Origin: Barthelona sp. PCE
Taxonomy: Eukaryota
NCBI GenBank assembly: GCA_040285745.1
Contig: JAUFOR010000005.1
Coordinates: 372,001-436,000 of the forward strand
Direction of reading: 5' to 3'
DNA: 64,000 bases
How positions within the stretch are numbered: position 1 is the stretch's first letter; every line of letters begins with the position of its first letter. The notes under the pieces were generated by a model, which did not search any database, had not been told where the DNA came from, and saw only the letters and a list, made by a program, of their open reading frames with translations. The translations under genes and the position numbers were made by a program. Positions 11,801 through 22,700 of the stretch are shown here, in pieces.

Positions 11801-12324
11801 ATTTATCATTGAGCCTGATCGATTCAACCTTCTGTTTCATGACGGAGAATGTCGCGTTTCCACACTCTCTCGCTCATTTAACTTCTAAGTTTGACATTTT
11901 GCTAAAAAGAAATGATATTTTGGACTCTCCCGAATTCATATCTTTGTTTTTGCAACGTCTCGCGCACATCATTGGTGTCCTCACCCTCTTGCCGTCCACA
12001 GACAATCTTTTTATGCTCTCAAGAACATTCGCCCCAACACCTTCACCATCTCCAGTAATTGGTCTCACACCAGTGCATCAGAACCCTTCTGAGTACAGTA
12101 CCGTGGCCATCAAGTCCGATATGATCAGTCCCTCCTTCTCCCCGTTCACAAACATGTCAGTTTTAACTGAGAATGCAATTTTTGAGTTTGATCACTTTAC
12201 AGCAACAGACGACTTAATCCAGCCTGACAAGTTCCGCACCATCAGTGTTTCTCCTTTTGCTGGTTCTGTCGATAATTACGTCCCTATACAACAATATTGT
12301 GTCCATAATAAGCGTTCCAATTAA
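8887..12324 (+). CDS. Large protein with a degenerate C-terminal GT5 (glycogen/starch synthase-like) N-lobe
   Basis: Long ORF (track start 8782 is GTG; ATG 8887 chosen as likely start). Residues encoded from ~11287 (LCKAISEYGISIIVFAPHH..VTFGLHRGSFQGFPLFCIHS..FYCKAVLEALLKLNIDPLVI) resemble the GT5 N-terminal domain but lack the KxGGL-type motif. Confidence 0.5.
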   Translation: MDVSNIMSPFVSRLLASLRRLDGFRALIGLAEEESCRPTSSYVTPIVTPSSPHFSRSMSYDDVFTYSSSLSSSREFFFEFLFTWKHNILSKDQFHEHCCVDDTHARFVFPAKIFYYVDDHTFLSRLFLDAMTYTLMSQYVPELKLVKYDLLHQFDLQALTSSLVRLFSYVSCADFNTRMAEFIESGEIMDDSTFEKILLFLALTGIENERFNDYVSVISTRDNAFPVKIMAFFDGCPWVSFLNSENYEHYRILNATPFSINRFDYPVSFDKDKLWVAIQTNFGETKLEYVTYDTFARRNEFEPSPVDGYINAALFKFSQNGDFVVLKHCRYQVVASIRSPFLIHEQLPCFVDQLALRENDMPTCVPYVASYPEKIELSPTVEVYINIPVIKFPRFIMPDVSRYATWTALSSAVKTELQSKSCLVLPDLDFFCTRSRENDNIPVFMEGEISPLLNSVLNATPGTFCSSVLLHIDDVSLLKVVINSGIIPVARFVTTGFLDFVECDQTSAASFINWLHSLSDIVGPQNIVADFTSTFGDHVFHSLAIELAMCAPGIVPLISEDNAVQTRAIANDIIKCTPGSGWAVEFKHLCGQATKVIGFLRQSYGNFKLFVFNASPHASIIYPVFQDAIKNVMISDNYEPYPFEFYVSFNGQWYELCEFFSTFVFMELTQFESTCYTLKVIHKNDVSPKQLKAIYEDAFDRLVEFLDHGHPIDTNMLCAKFLTCVHRKNGIEYLNQGQVVAFFRSIETHLSKADDFVNILHRMLASITLQPAVLNTLMHLGEKTQGTLLSAVLEVEKHSKGPIIVVLPSLHGHDLVLKLCKAISEYGISIIVFAPHHNSAPVQHVQNVTTFIGDDRVTFGLHRGSFQGFPLFCIHSFDYSSSFSLQNSVFYCKAVLEALLKLNIDPLVIFSVNAFTAITGTILKQHFSCCMNTSVIYLFSDHLFGMCSASETLLNSFGLDLNHLLCGCNNVNLSLSLIDSTFCFMTENVAFPHSLAHLTSKFDILLKRNDILDSPEFISLFLQRLAHIIGVLTLLPSTDNLFMLSRTFAPTPSPSPVIGLTPVHQNPSEYSTVAIKSDMISPSFSPFTNMSVLTENAIFEFDHFTATDDLIQPDKFRTISVSPFAGSVDNYVPIQQYCVHNKRSN

Positions 12325-12352
12325 TAATAAAAAATTGATTTTTTATTTCCAA

Positions 12353-13432
12353 TTATAGACATTTGATTGTCTTTGAACGTGTAGACTGCATCTTGATATC
12401 AATTTGGTTACCCTGGCTGCCTGCAATATCTTTAATAACATACTCTCCAGAAGTAAGAGAAGTTCCTTCACGGGAGTCACAATCATTAAGAGTAACAGCA
12501 CCAAACCAACCCTCGGGAGCAGTGATGCGGGCAGATGTGTCTGAAGCAAGACCTATTTCGAGGACACCAATGCTGGAAATCATATCAATATGAGAAGAAG
12601 CAACGTCCGGCTCTTCAACGTTGTTGATTTTGATGAAACCACTCTTGGTGTTGAACTCAGCACCGACAATGACATCATCACCAACTGTGTTTGTGGCGTT
12701 GAAGTATCGAGACAACGTGAGAGTCTCAATACGAGAAGTGGAGATAGGTGACTTAATGAAATTGGTTGTGATGTTACCCCAGTGGACAGTACCAGTATCG
12801 AGATCCATGTACGAGAAGGCTACCTTTGTCTCGTCACCGACAAATACAATTGGAGCGTTGACATCAGTATCATTGCTGAACACGAAACCTGAAGTGGAAC
12901 CAACGTGGATTCCGTGCCACTGTTTGCCAGCTGGATAACGGACAGTAAAGAGAACAACGTGGCACTCGCTTGCAAGCTGACCACTTGTTTGCTTCAGATG
13001 GAAGACAACAGCGTTATCGATTGTGGAGTTGTCGTGGGGGTTATCAATGATGACAACATCAGATTTTCGAGCTGCGAACAGATTGTCTTTCATGTTCTTG
13101 TGCTGCTCTGTGACAGTGATATCCGTAGCAGTGGAGTCCTCGATCATGTGCAGGCCCATCAACGTGACGTTAAAAGTCAGAGAATTGACGTTAGATGGGA
13201 GTGTATGCTCATAGGTTGTTGTAAATTTTAGATTGGTACACAGAAGGGTTTTGCCCAAGATAACAACAGTAAGTGCAATAAGACCGAGAAGAATGAGTGT
13301 TCCTATGCAACCACAACACGTACATTCTTTTGTTTCCTTGCTCATGCCTTTCAGGCGCATATACAAGGAACTTTGTTTGGATATTCTGGCTCTTCTACCG
13401 TCAGGGAGGCGAACTATTTCACTATTTGACAT
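12353..13432 (-). CDS. Type II membrane protein with beta-rich (adhesin/DUF4097-like) ectodomain
   Basis: 359 aa. Basic cytosolic N-terminus, Cys cluster CTCCGC, TM LILLGLIALTVVILG, then repeated Thr/Gly beta-strand motifs (STSGFV, DTGTV, TKSGFI, SSIGVL). Confidence 0.5.
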   Translation of the reverse strand: MSNSEIVRLPDGRRARISKQSSLYMRLKGMSKETKECTCCGCIGTLILLGLIALTVVILGKTLLCTNLKFTTTYEHTLPSNVNSLTFNVTLMGLHMIEDSTATDITVTEQHKNMKDNLFAARKSDVVIIDNPHDNSTIDNAVVFHLKQTSGQLASECHVVLFTVRYPAGKQWHGIHVGSTSGFVFSNDTDVNAPIVFVGDETKVAFSYMDLDTGTVHWGNITTNFIKSPISTSRIETLTLSRYFNATNTVGDDVIVGAEFNTKSGFIKINNVEEPDVASSHIDMISSIGVLEIGLASDTSARITAPEGWFGAVTLNDCDSREGTSLTSGEYVIKDIAGSQGNQIDIKMQSTRSKTIKCL

Positions 13433-14078
13433 TTGTAAAAGCTAAATAGCTGTGAAAAGGAAAAAAAAACTAAAAACAAACTCACTGATGAAATCTCTTC
13501 TATTGATGGTTGGTTTCACCTTAGATATTCATAATTGCCTTTGACTTCCAGCATTAAAGCACCATAACAGTGAAGTAAACCCAAAACGTTTTGGGAATTC
13601 CTATTCAAATCATAATTTGAGTCAATAATAAGGGTAAACTAATGTAATTCATCGGTATTACCACAATACTCAACTTTATGGGCAAAAATCAGAAACTTTT
13701 CTACCAAACAGGCAACATACTGTAATTGTGGATATTCATCTTGAGTATATCGACTTTTCCCAGTTAATGCGTTAGTTTTTTTTAATGTGAATCCCATAAT
13801 GTTGAAAGAAGGCACGCTTTTTATACGATTTATAGGAGCAAATTTGCTTTAGGATAGTGCACACGATCTTCCTCGAATGCTCTATGAGCACTCTCATTCA
13901 ACTTTTCTTCTCTTTTGATCATAATAAAAAAAGAGCAATTGAACATTCTCAACGCAAGCTCAGCACTTTGATGCTAGCCTCCCAAGTAAGTACACAACTC
14001 TGAAATAAACTTCCAATAAGATGTGCTAGTTCTTTTTTCACTTCACAGAGTTTTTTGAAAACTCATTAAATCACGTTT

Positions 14079-16163
14079 ATGCCTCGAAGATTAAATCATG
14101 GAGCACAGTTTAATGTCGAAGGAAAGTCATTCCAGTTTAAATGGTCTGATGATTCTCTTACCATATTGAGCAGTGAATCTAGTTCAAAGGAAGAAGAATT
14201 CATCGCCCAGGGGACTATTTTCAGCACCGCTCATGCCCAAAATGTCCCTGAATTTACTGAAGGAACTCTTTTAAAATGTTATAACTGTAATGATCTTTTT
14301 TATACATTTGGTCGTGTTAAATCGGTTGATTTCTTCCGATACTCCCATGAAACTAAAGAATTCACCCATGATTCACGTGTGAACAATTTAATCTCAAACG
14401 ACTACACCCATTGTTATTTCATCGACAGAAATACTTTTATGCATAAAAGGTCAGCAAATAGGAGCACTTTAAACATACTTGATGATACAGATAACGTGGC
14501 AGAGACTTTAGATTCTCCATTCATTTATTTAGGCTCACTCGGTCAATTTTTATTTATGAAGAATACATCATACATTGCACCGTTCAGGGTTGTTACCCAG
14601 GACAATGGAGAGAAGCAGTTTGTTGAGCTAGACCCCGTTGCTCCTAACAATGCGCATTACTATTTCGCAAATGGCGCGTCATACATGATTCTTTCTGCTT
14701 ATGTGGAGGACTTTGGTTATGAAAACTTTGTACTTACTTATTTAAAAGGTGATGAGTTCAAACCCCTTTATTTTTTGCAGTTATTTGAGTGTCTACGAAA
14801 ATGCCCTCATAACATCAAGAATATTGAACTTTTTATGCTATCTGTGGAAAGAAAAGAAGCTGTTTTCATTGGTATTATTGAAGGTAGTTATTGTATTTGC
14901 ACGATATTTAATGGTGTACTTTCATGTCATCCACTTTTAACGAACGGAAAAAAATTATTTATTCCTCAACATACCCCTGAGTTTGCTTTTGAATTTAACG
15001 CACTGCAACACATTTTAGATCAATTTTTCACAGAAAATAACAACATTTACAAATTTTCTTTTAAGGATTCATTACCATTAGAAAACTGTCTGTTTAATTT
15101 AAATTCTTTTGAAAACAATATCATTGGCGTCATCAACGATGCATTATTTTATAGATCAAAGGATTATTTTGTGATTTTTGACTTTAACAAAAATATTGTT
15201 TGGAAACAGGATTTTTTTAATGATTTCAGCAAGAAATGGAAAGAATACATCCCCTCGGTGCACCCTTTTAGCCATAATGGACTGTTTCATGTGAGAAACC
15301 GAGAGAATAATGGGTTTTTAACAAAACTACATGAATATTATTATGATTTTAATACTTTTTATTCAAAACATCCTGTTATTGCACATAAAATCACCAGTTC
15401 CCTTAATTTTTTTATTAATTGGGTGACTCCTGATGGTTTTATTCAAATCCCTCAATCAGAAAATTCGGTCTACTTCTACAAGTGGGGTGAGGTGGCACCA
15501 ACGCTGTTATGTCAACTTGAGGATGCCACAATAGTATCCAATGTACACTATTATGATAACCAGACACTTATTATTTCACAAGGTGGAGCAAAAAAAAAAC
15601 ATACTATTTTCAAGAAGATTGATAACGCCTTTATCATTACTGAGTCGTTATCGAATGATATTCGCGTTAATGCCTACAATACTGATATTCGAATCGTCTC
15701 AAAGAATGAAGGCACCGAGAAGTGGTTGTTTAACTCTGGTGACGATAGTGAATTCTTATTACCAAAGTTTGAATTTTCAACATTTATTGGTCCCCAGCTC
15801 ATGTTATGTGACGACGGAATCTACTCTATAAATGCAGATTGTTCGATTGAGAAAATAATTATTTTTAATTTTGTTGTAACTGCATGTAACTATAGTTTCT
15901 ATTTGGGTATTTTAAATGTCATCGTTCCTGATATTAGTACACGTCAGTTCCATCACATACGGTGTGAAATTGACGGTAATATTATCGTAAAGAATGAAGA
16001 TTTATCCATTGACATAGAAGATTTCTTTTTCAGTTCAGATATCCATTCTCTTGATGATATAACCGTTGTTTCTGGTAATGATGGAGCTCCATTATCTACC
16101 TACATTAGATACAATAGAAAAATTGAACAAAATGTTCATAGAGGATATCTTGTGATACAGTAA
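14079..16163 (+). CDS. Uncharacterised ~690-aa AT-rich protein, 'MPR' family member 1
   Basis: 694-aa ORF rich in F/I/N beta-strand-like segments. Start (MPRR), length and C-terminal pattern (SIDIEDFF) resemble the ORFs at 32969 and 41175. Confidence 0.7.
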   Translation: MPRRLNHGAQFNVEGKSFQFKWSDDSLTILSSESSSKEEEFIAQGTIFSTAHAQNVPEFTEGTLLKCYNCNDLFYTFGRVKSVDFFRYSHETKEFTHDSRVNNLISNDYTHCYFIDRNTFMHKRSANRSTLNILDDTDNVAETLDSPFIYLGSLGQFLFMKNTSYIAPFRVVTQDNGEKQFVELDPVAPNNAHYYFANGASYMILSAYVEDFGYENFVLTYLKGDEFKPLYFLQLFECLRKCPHNIKNIELFMLSVERKEAVFIGIIEGSYCICTIFNGVLSCHPLLTNGKKLFIPQHTPEFAFEFNALQHILDQFFTENNNIYKFSFKDSLPLENCLFNLNSFENNIIGVINDALFYRSKDYFVIFDFNKNIVWKQDFFNDFSKKWKEYIPSVHPFSHNGLFHVRNRENNGFLTKLHEYYYDFNTFYSKHPVIAHKITSSLNFFINWVTPDGFIQIPQSENSVYFYKWGEVAPTLLCQLEDATIVSNVHYYDNQTLIISQGGAKKKHTIFKKIDNAFIITESLSNDIRVNAYNTDIRIVSKNEGTEKWLFNSGDDSEFLLPKFEFSTFIGPQLMLCDDGIYSINADCSIEKIIIFNFVVTACNYSFYLGILNVIVPDISTRQFHHIRCEIDGNIIVKNEDLSIDIEDFFFSSDIHSLDDITVVSGNDGAPLSTYIRYNRKIEQNVHRGYLVIQ

Positions 16164-16730
16164 ATTTTTTTTTTTTCCCACGCATTTTTCTTAACATACT
16201 TGGATGTAAGCCATCCTTAAATAAACACACTCTAATATAAATAGTTCTATTTAGTATTTAGCAGTATAAACAGGTCACACTAGCGTTGGGTACTCGGATT
16301 CTCAGCCATTCAAGAGCATGACGTAAGACCCTGTGGGTGGTCAATGTGATCAACGGCACACCTCGTCGGCTAAAACGGCATTTCAGCCATGCACTACACA
16401 GGAGGGATTGCCGGTATGCAATATTCAGTAGCATTTATTTTCAAGCAGTGCTTTTGAGTTATATATAGTACAGTAACTGTGTGTGCGTATATGATTAAGC
16501 TGTATAAGTTAATTTAGGGGTTGTAAAATTCATTGAAAAAAAAAAAAGTTTAATTAGTAATTTTTAACTAACTGTGGGTCTCTACCGTTTGATTATACCA
16601 CTATTTTCGATATACTTAACCTCTAATTACGTGAGATGGGGGAGAAAACTGACCGGAAATTGTGAATAACCAATACGGTACTTGACACTTTGGCTTGAAC
16701 TTTTCCGTCAAACTAACAATTTGGAGTTTG

Positions 16731-16751
16731 GAGTGTGTAGCTCAGTGGTAG
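16731..16751 (+). pseudogene. tRNA-Ala 5' fragment (nt 1-21); identical copies at 18118, 19507, 20905, 22300, 23702, 25098
   Basis: GAGTGTGTAGCTCAGTGGTAG is identical to 32235-32255 but is followed by ACTCTACCTTTT instead of the tRNA body. It contains the A box only. Confidence 0.9.
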
Positions 16752-19700
16752 ACTCTACCTTTTGAAAAGTTTTGGTGGAGGCAATTTGCTACTATATGTA
16801 ATGCCCATAGAAAACTATGAACGATTATAAAGGATAGTAGGGAGATTCTTTACAGAGGTCATGGTACCGCATACGGGCTACCATCTTCAGTTTGAAAGTC
16901 ATACATCTCGTATTTCAATTACTAAGCAGTACAACTAGAATAAATAGGAAAACTGGTTATAACACCAGCATATGTTCTATTCCATTCTCTGTTCAAAATC
17001 AACTGCAAGATCTTCCTAACAGGGATACGATTGTAATGTCATGCTTGTTTATCGTATTGTTATTGGATTACAGAATGTTTTCTGAAATATTTTTTTCCTA
17101 ATCCAAATCTTCCACCAACCTCAATATGAAGTGTAACCCATTGTATAAGGCCTGTCTCCTCATTTATAAAAAAGAAAATCAAAAATGATTAATTGCCTAC
17201 TTCCAAAAAAAGTATAAATATTAGTAATTCCTGTATGAAACATTGGAAAGTTCAATTAAAAAATCTAAAACTTCAATTACGTGCGCAGTATGCCCGTGTC
17301 ACGAAAACCCGTGCTCGTCCACACTGAAACAGCCGATTTATATGCTTCAACAGCCACTGAGTTGTAGTCAAACAAGGTTGCACTGAATAAAAAATAACAG
17401 CCCAATGCCGTCCAAACTGTTGCCCTCTTCGCCAAAGTGCCCGTCCTCGCTGCTGTGATGCCCGTGGGAATTTTGAGTGATCCGTGAAAACGGTGATAAA
17501 ACAAAATGCGAAATGTTCATGCTGTGCCACTACGATGTGAGGCCCTGTTGTTGTCTTAAGGTCCGACCAGCTTGCTTAGTGCGTTTTGAGCGGGTAAATT
17601 GGTTTTCAGTACAACATGTCGATACAACGCTTTATCTATCTGTTGTTAATGTGTACTCGGATTTCCTGTTATTAATGTGTACTCAGATTTCCTGCATTCA
17701 AGAGCATGACGTAAGACCCTGTGGGTGGTCAATGTGATCAACGGCACACCTCGTCGGCTAAAACGGCATTTCAGCCATGCACTACACAGGAGGGATTGCC
17801 GGTATGCAATATTCAGTAGCATTTATTTTCAAGCAGTGCTTTTGAGTTATATATAGTACAGTAACTGTGTGTGCGTATATGATTAAGCTATATAAGTTAA
17901 TTTAGGGGTTGAAAAATTTATTGAAAAAAAAAAATGTTAATTAGTAATTTTTAACTGATTTTGGGTCTCTGCCGTTTGATTATACCACTATTTTCGATAT
18001 ACTTAACCTCTAATTACGTGAGATGGGGGAGAAAACTGACCGGAAATTGTGAATAACCAATACGGTACTTGACACTTTGGCTTGAACTTTTCCGTCAAAC
18101 TAACAATTTGGAGTTTGGAGTGTGTAGCTCAGTGGTAGACTCTACCTTTTCAAAAGTTTTGGTGGAGTTGCTACTGTTTGTAATGCCCATAGAAAACTAT
18201 GAACGATTATAAAGGATAGTAGGAGATTCTTTACAGAGATTATGGTGCCGCATATGGGCTACCATCTTCAGTTTGAAAGTCCGTACATCTCGTATTTCAA
18301 TTACTAAGCAGTACAACTAGAATAAATAGGAAAACTAGTGATAACACCAGTATATGTTCAATTCCATTCTCTGTTCAAAATCAACTGCAAGATCTTCCTA
18401 ACAGGGATACGATTGTAATGTCATGCTTGTTTATCGTATTGTTATTGGATTACAGAATGTTTTCTGAAATATTTTTTTCCTAATCCAAATCTTCCACCAA
18501 CCTCAATATGAAGTGTAACCCATTGTATAAGGCCTGTCTCCTCATTTATAAAAAAGAAAATCAAAAATGATTAATTGCCTACTTCCAAAAAAAGTATAAA
18601 TATTAGTAATTCCTGTATGAAACATTGGAAAGTTCAATTAAAAAATCTAAAACTTCAATTACGTGCGCAGTATGCCCGTGTCACGAAAACCCGTGCTCGT
18701 CCACACTGAAACAGCCGATTTATATGCTTCAACAGCCACTGAGTTGTAGTCAAACAAGGTTGCACTGAATAAAAAATAACAGCCCAATGCCGTCCAAACT
18801 GTTGCCCTCTTCGCCAAAGTGCCCGTCCTCGCTGCTGTGATGCCCGTGGGAATTTTGAGTGATCCGTGAAAACGGTGATAAAACAAAATGCGAAATGTTC
18901 ATGCTGTGCCACTACGATGTGAGGCCCTGTTGTTGTCTTAAGGTCCGACCAGCTTGCTTAGTGCGTTTTGAGCGGGTAAATTGGTTTTCAGTACAACATG
19001 TCGATACAACGCTTTATCTATCTGTTGTTAATGTGTACTCGGATTTCCTGTTATTAATGTGTACTCAGATTTCCTGCATTCAAGAGCATGACGTAAGACC
19101 CTGTGGGTGGTCAATGTGATCAACGGCACACCTCGTCGGCTAAAACGGCATTTCAGCCATGCACTACACAGGAGGGATTGCCGGTATGCAATATTCAGTA
19201 GCATTTATTTTCAAGCAGTGCTTTTGAGTTATATATAGTACAGTAACTGTGTGTGCGTATATGATTAAGCTATATAAGTTAATTTAGGGGTTGAAAAATT
19301 TATTGAAAAAAAAAATGTTAATTAGTAATTTTTAACTGATTTTGGGTCTCTGCCGTTTGATTATACCACTATTTTCGATATACTTAACCTCTAATTACGT
19401 GAGATGGGGGAGAAAACTGACCGGAAATTGTGAATAACCAATACGGTACTTGACACTTTGGCTTGAACTTTTCCGTCAAATGACCATTTTAGAGATGGTA
19501 CAGTTGGAGTGTGTAGCTCAGTGGTAGACTCTACCTTTTGAAAAGTTTTGGTGGAGGCAATTTGCTACTATATGTAATGCCCATAGAAAACTATGAACGA
19601 TTATAAAGGATAGTAGGAGATTCTTTACAGAGATCATGGTGCCGCATACGGGCTACCATCTTCAGTTTGAAAGTCCGTACATCTCGTATTTCAATTACTA

Positions 19701-22700
19701 AGCAGTACAACTAGAATAAATAGGAAAACTAGTGATAACACCAGTATATGTTCAATTCCATTCTCTGTTCAAAATCAACTGCAAGATCTTCCCTAACAGG
19801 GATACGATTGTAATGTCATGCTTGTTTATCGTATTGTTATTGGATTACAGAATGTTTTCTGAAAACATTTTTTCCAATCCAAATCTTCCACCAACCTCAA
19901 TATGAAGTGTAACCCATTGTATAAGGCCTGTCTCCTCATTTATAAAAAAGAAAATCAAAAATGATTAATTGCCTACTTCCAAAAAAAAAGTATAAATATT
20001 AGTAATTCCTGTATGAAACATTGGAAAGTTCAATTAAAAAAATCTAAAACTTCAATTACGTGCGCAGTATGCCCGTGTCACGAAAACCCGTGCTCGTCCA
20101 CACTGAAACAGCCGATTTATATGCTTCAACAGCCACTGAGTTGTAGTCAAACAAGGTTGCACTGAATAAAAAATAACAGCCCAATGCCGTCCAAACTGTT
20201 GCCCTCTTCGCCAAAGTGCCCGTCCTCGCTGCTGTGATGCCCGTGGGAATTTTGAGTGATCCGTGAAAACGGTGATAAAACAAAATGCGAAATGTTCATG
20301 CTGTGCCACTACGATGTGAGGCCCTGTTGTTGTCTTAAGGTCCGACCAGCTTGCTTAGTGCGTTTTGAGCGGGTAAATTGGTTTTCAGTACAACATGTCG
20401 ATACAACGCTTTATCTATCTGTTGTTAATGTGTACTCGGATTTCCTGTTATTAATGTGTACTCAGATTTCCTGCATTCAAGAGCATGACGTAAGACCCTG
20501 TGGGTGGTCAATGTGATCAACGGCACACCTCGTCGGCTAAAACGGCATTTCAGCCATGCACTACACAGGAGGGATTGCCGGTATGCAATATTCAGTAGCA
20601 TTTATTTTCAAGCAGTGCTTTTGAGTTATATATAGTACAGTAACTGTGTGTGCGTATATGATTAAGCTATATAAGTTAATTTAGGGGTTGAAAAATTTAT
20701 TGAAAAAAAAAAATGTTAATTAGTAATTTTTAACTGATTTTGGGTCTCTGCCGTTTGATTATACCACTATTTTCGATATACTTAACCTCTAATTACGTGA
20801 GATGGGGGAGAAAACTGACCGGAAATTGTGAATAACCAATACGGTACTTGACACTTTGGCTTGAACTTTTCCGTCAAATGACCATTTTAGAGATGGTACA
20901 GTTGGAGTGTGTAGCTCAGTGGTAGACTCTACCTTTTGAAAAGTTTTGGTGGAGGCAATTTGCTACTATATGTAATGCCCATAGAAAACTATGAACGATT
21001 ATAAAGGATAGTAGGAGATTCTTTACAGAGATCATGGTGCCGCATACGGGCTACCATCTTCAGTTTGAAAGTCCGTACATCTCGTATTTCAATTACTAAG
21101 CAGTACAACTAGAATAAATAGGAAAACTAGTGATAACACCAGTATATGTTCAATTCCATTCTCTGTTCAAAATCAACTGCAAGATCTTCCTAACAGGGAT
21201 ACGATTGTAATGTCATGCTTGTTTATCGTATTGTTATTGGATTACAGAATGTTTTCTGAAAACATTTTTTCCAATCCAAATCTTCCACCAACCTCAATAT
21301 GAAGTGTAACCCATTGTATAAGGCCTGTCTCCTCATTTATAAAAAAGAAAATCAAAAATGATTAATTGCCTACTTCCAAAAAAAGTATAAATATTAGTAA
21401 TTCCTGTATGAAACATTGGAAAGTTCAATTAAAAAATCTAAAACTTCAATTACGTGCGCAGTATGCCCGTGTCACGAAAACCCGTGCTCGTCCACACTGA
21501 AACAGCCGATTTATATGCTTCAACAGCCACTGAGTTGTAGTCAAACAAGGTTGCACTGAATAAAAAATAACAGCCCAATGCCGTCCAAACTGTTGCCCTC
21601 TTCGCCAAAGTGCCCGTCCTCGCTGCTGTGATGCCCGTGGGAATTTTGAGTGATCCGTGAAAACGGTGATAAAACAAAATGCGAAATGTTCATGCTGTGC
21701 CACTACGATGTGAGGCCCTGTTGTTGTCTTAAGGTCCGACCAGCTTGCTTAGTGCGTTTTGAGCGGGTAAATTGGTTTTCAGTACAACATGTCGATACAA
21801 CGCTTTATCTATCTGTTGTTAATGTGTACTCGGATTTCCTGTTATTAATGTGTACTCAGATTTCCTGCATTCAAGAGCATGACGTAAGACCCTGTGGGTG
21901 GTCAATGTGATCAACGGCACACCTCGTCGGCTAAAACGGCATTTCAGCCATGCACTACACAGGAGGGATTGCCGGTATGCAATATTCAGTAGCATTTATT
22001 TTCAAGCAGTGCTTTTGAGTTATATATAGTACAGTAACTGTGTGTGCGTATATGATTAAGCTATATAAGTTAATTTAGGGGTTGAAAAATTTATTGAAAA
22101 AAAAAAATGTTAATTAGTAATTTTTAACTGATTTTTGGGTCTCTGCCGTTTGATTATACCACTATTTTCGATATACTTAACCTCTAATTACGTGAGATGG
22201 GGGAGAAAACTGACCGGAAATTGTGAATAACCAATACGGTACTTGACACTTTGGCTTGAACTTTTCCGTCAAATGACCATTTTAGAGATGGTACAGTTGG
22301 AGTGTGTAGCTCAGTGGTAGACTCTACCTTTTGAAAAGTTTTGGTGGAGGCAATTTGCTACTATATGTAATGCCCATAGAAAACTATGAACGATTATAAA
22401 GGATAGTAGGAGATTCTTTACAGAGATCATGGTGCCGCATACGGGCTACCATCTTCAGTTTGAAAGTCCGTACATCTCGTATTTCAATTACTAAGCAGTA
22501 CAACTAGAATAAATAGGAAAACTAGTGATAACACCAGTATATGTTCAATTCCATTCTCTGTTCAAAATCAACTGCAAGATCTTCCTAACAGGGATACGAT
22601 TGTAATGTCATGCTTGTTTATCGTATTGTTATTGGATTACAGAATGTTTTCTGAAAACATTTTTTCCAATCCAAATCTTCCACCAACCTCAATATGAAGT

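Noticed and set aside
13486-14078. ncRNA or element end in an unusually long intergenic region
   Set aside because: No tRNA boxes, repeats or similarity to the array were seen by eye.
17273-17737. Recurring 75-, 85- and 86-aa ORFs (and the 69-aa ORF at 16892) as genes
   Set aside because: They overlap on both strands, some start at non-ATG codons, and none has a motif. They recur only because the DNA is repeated, and the 69-aa ORF is frameshifted in most units.
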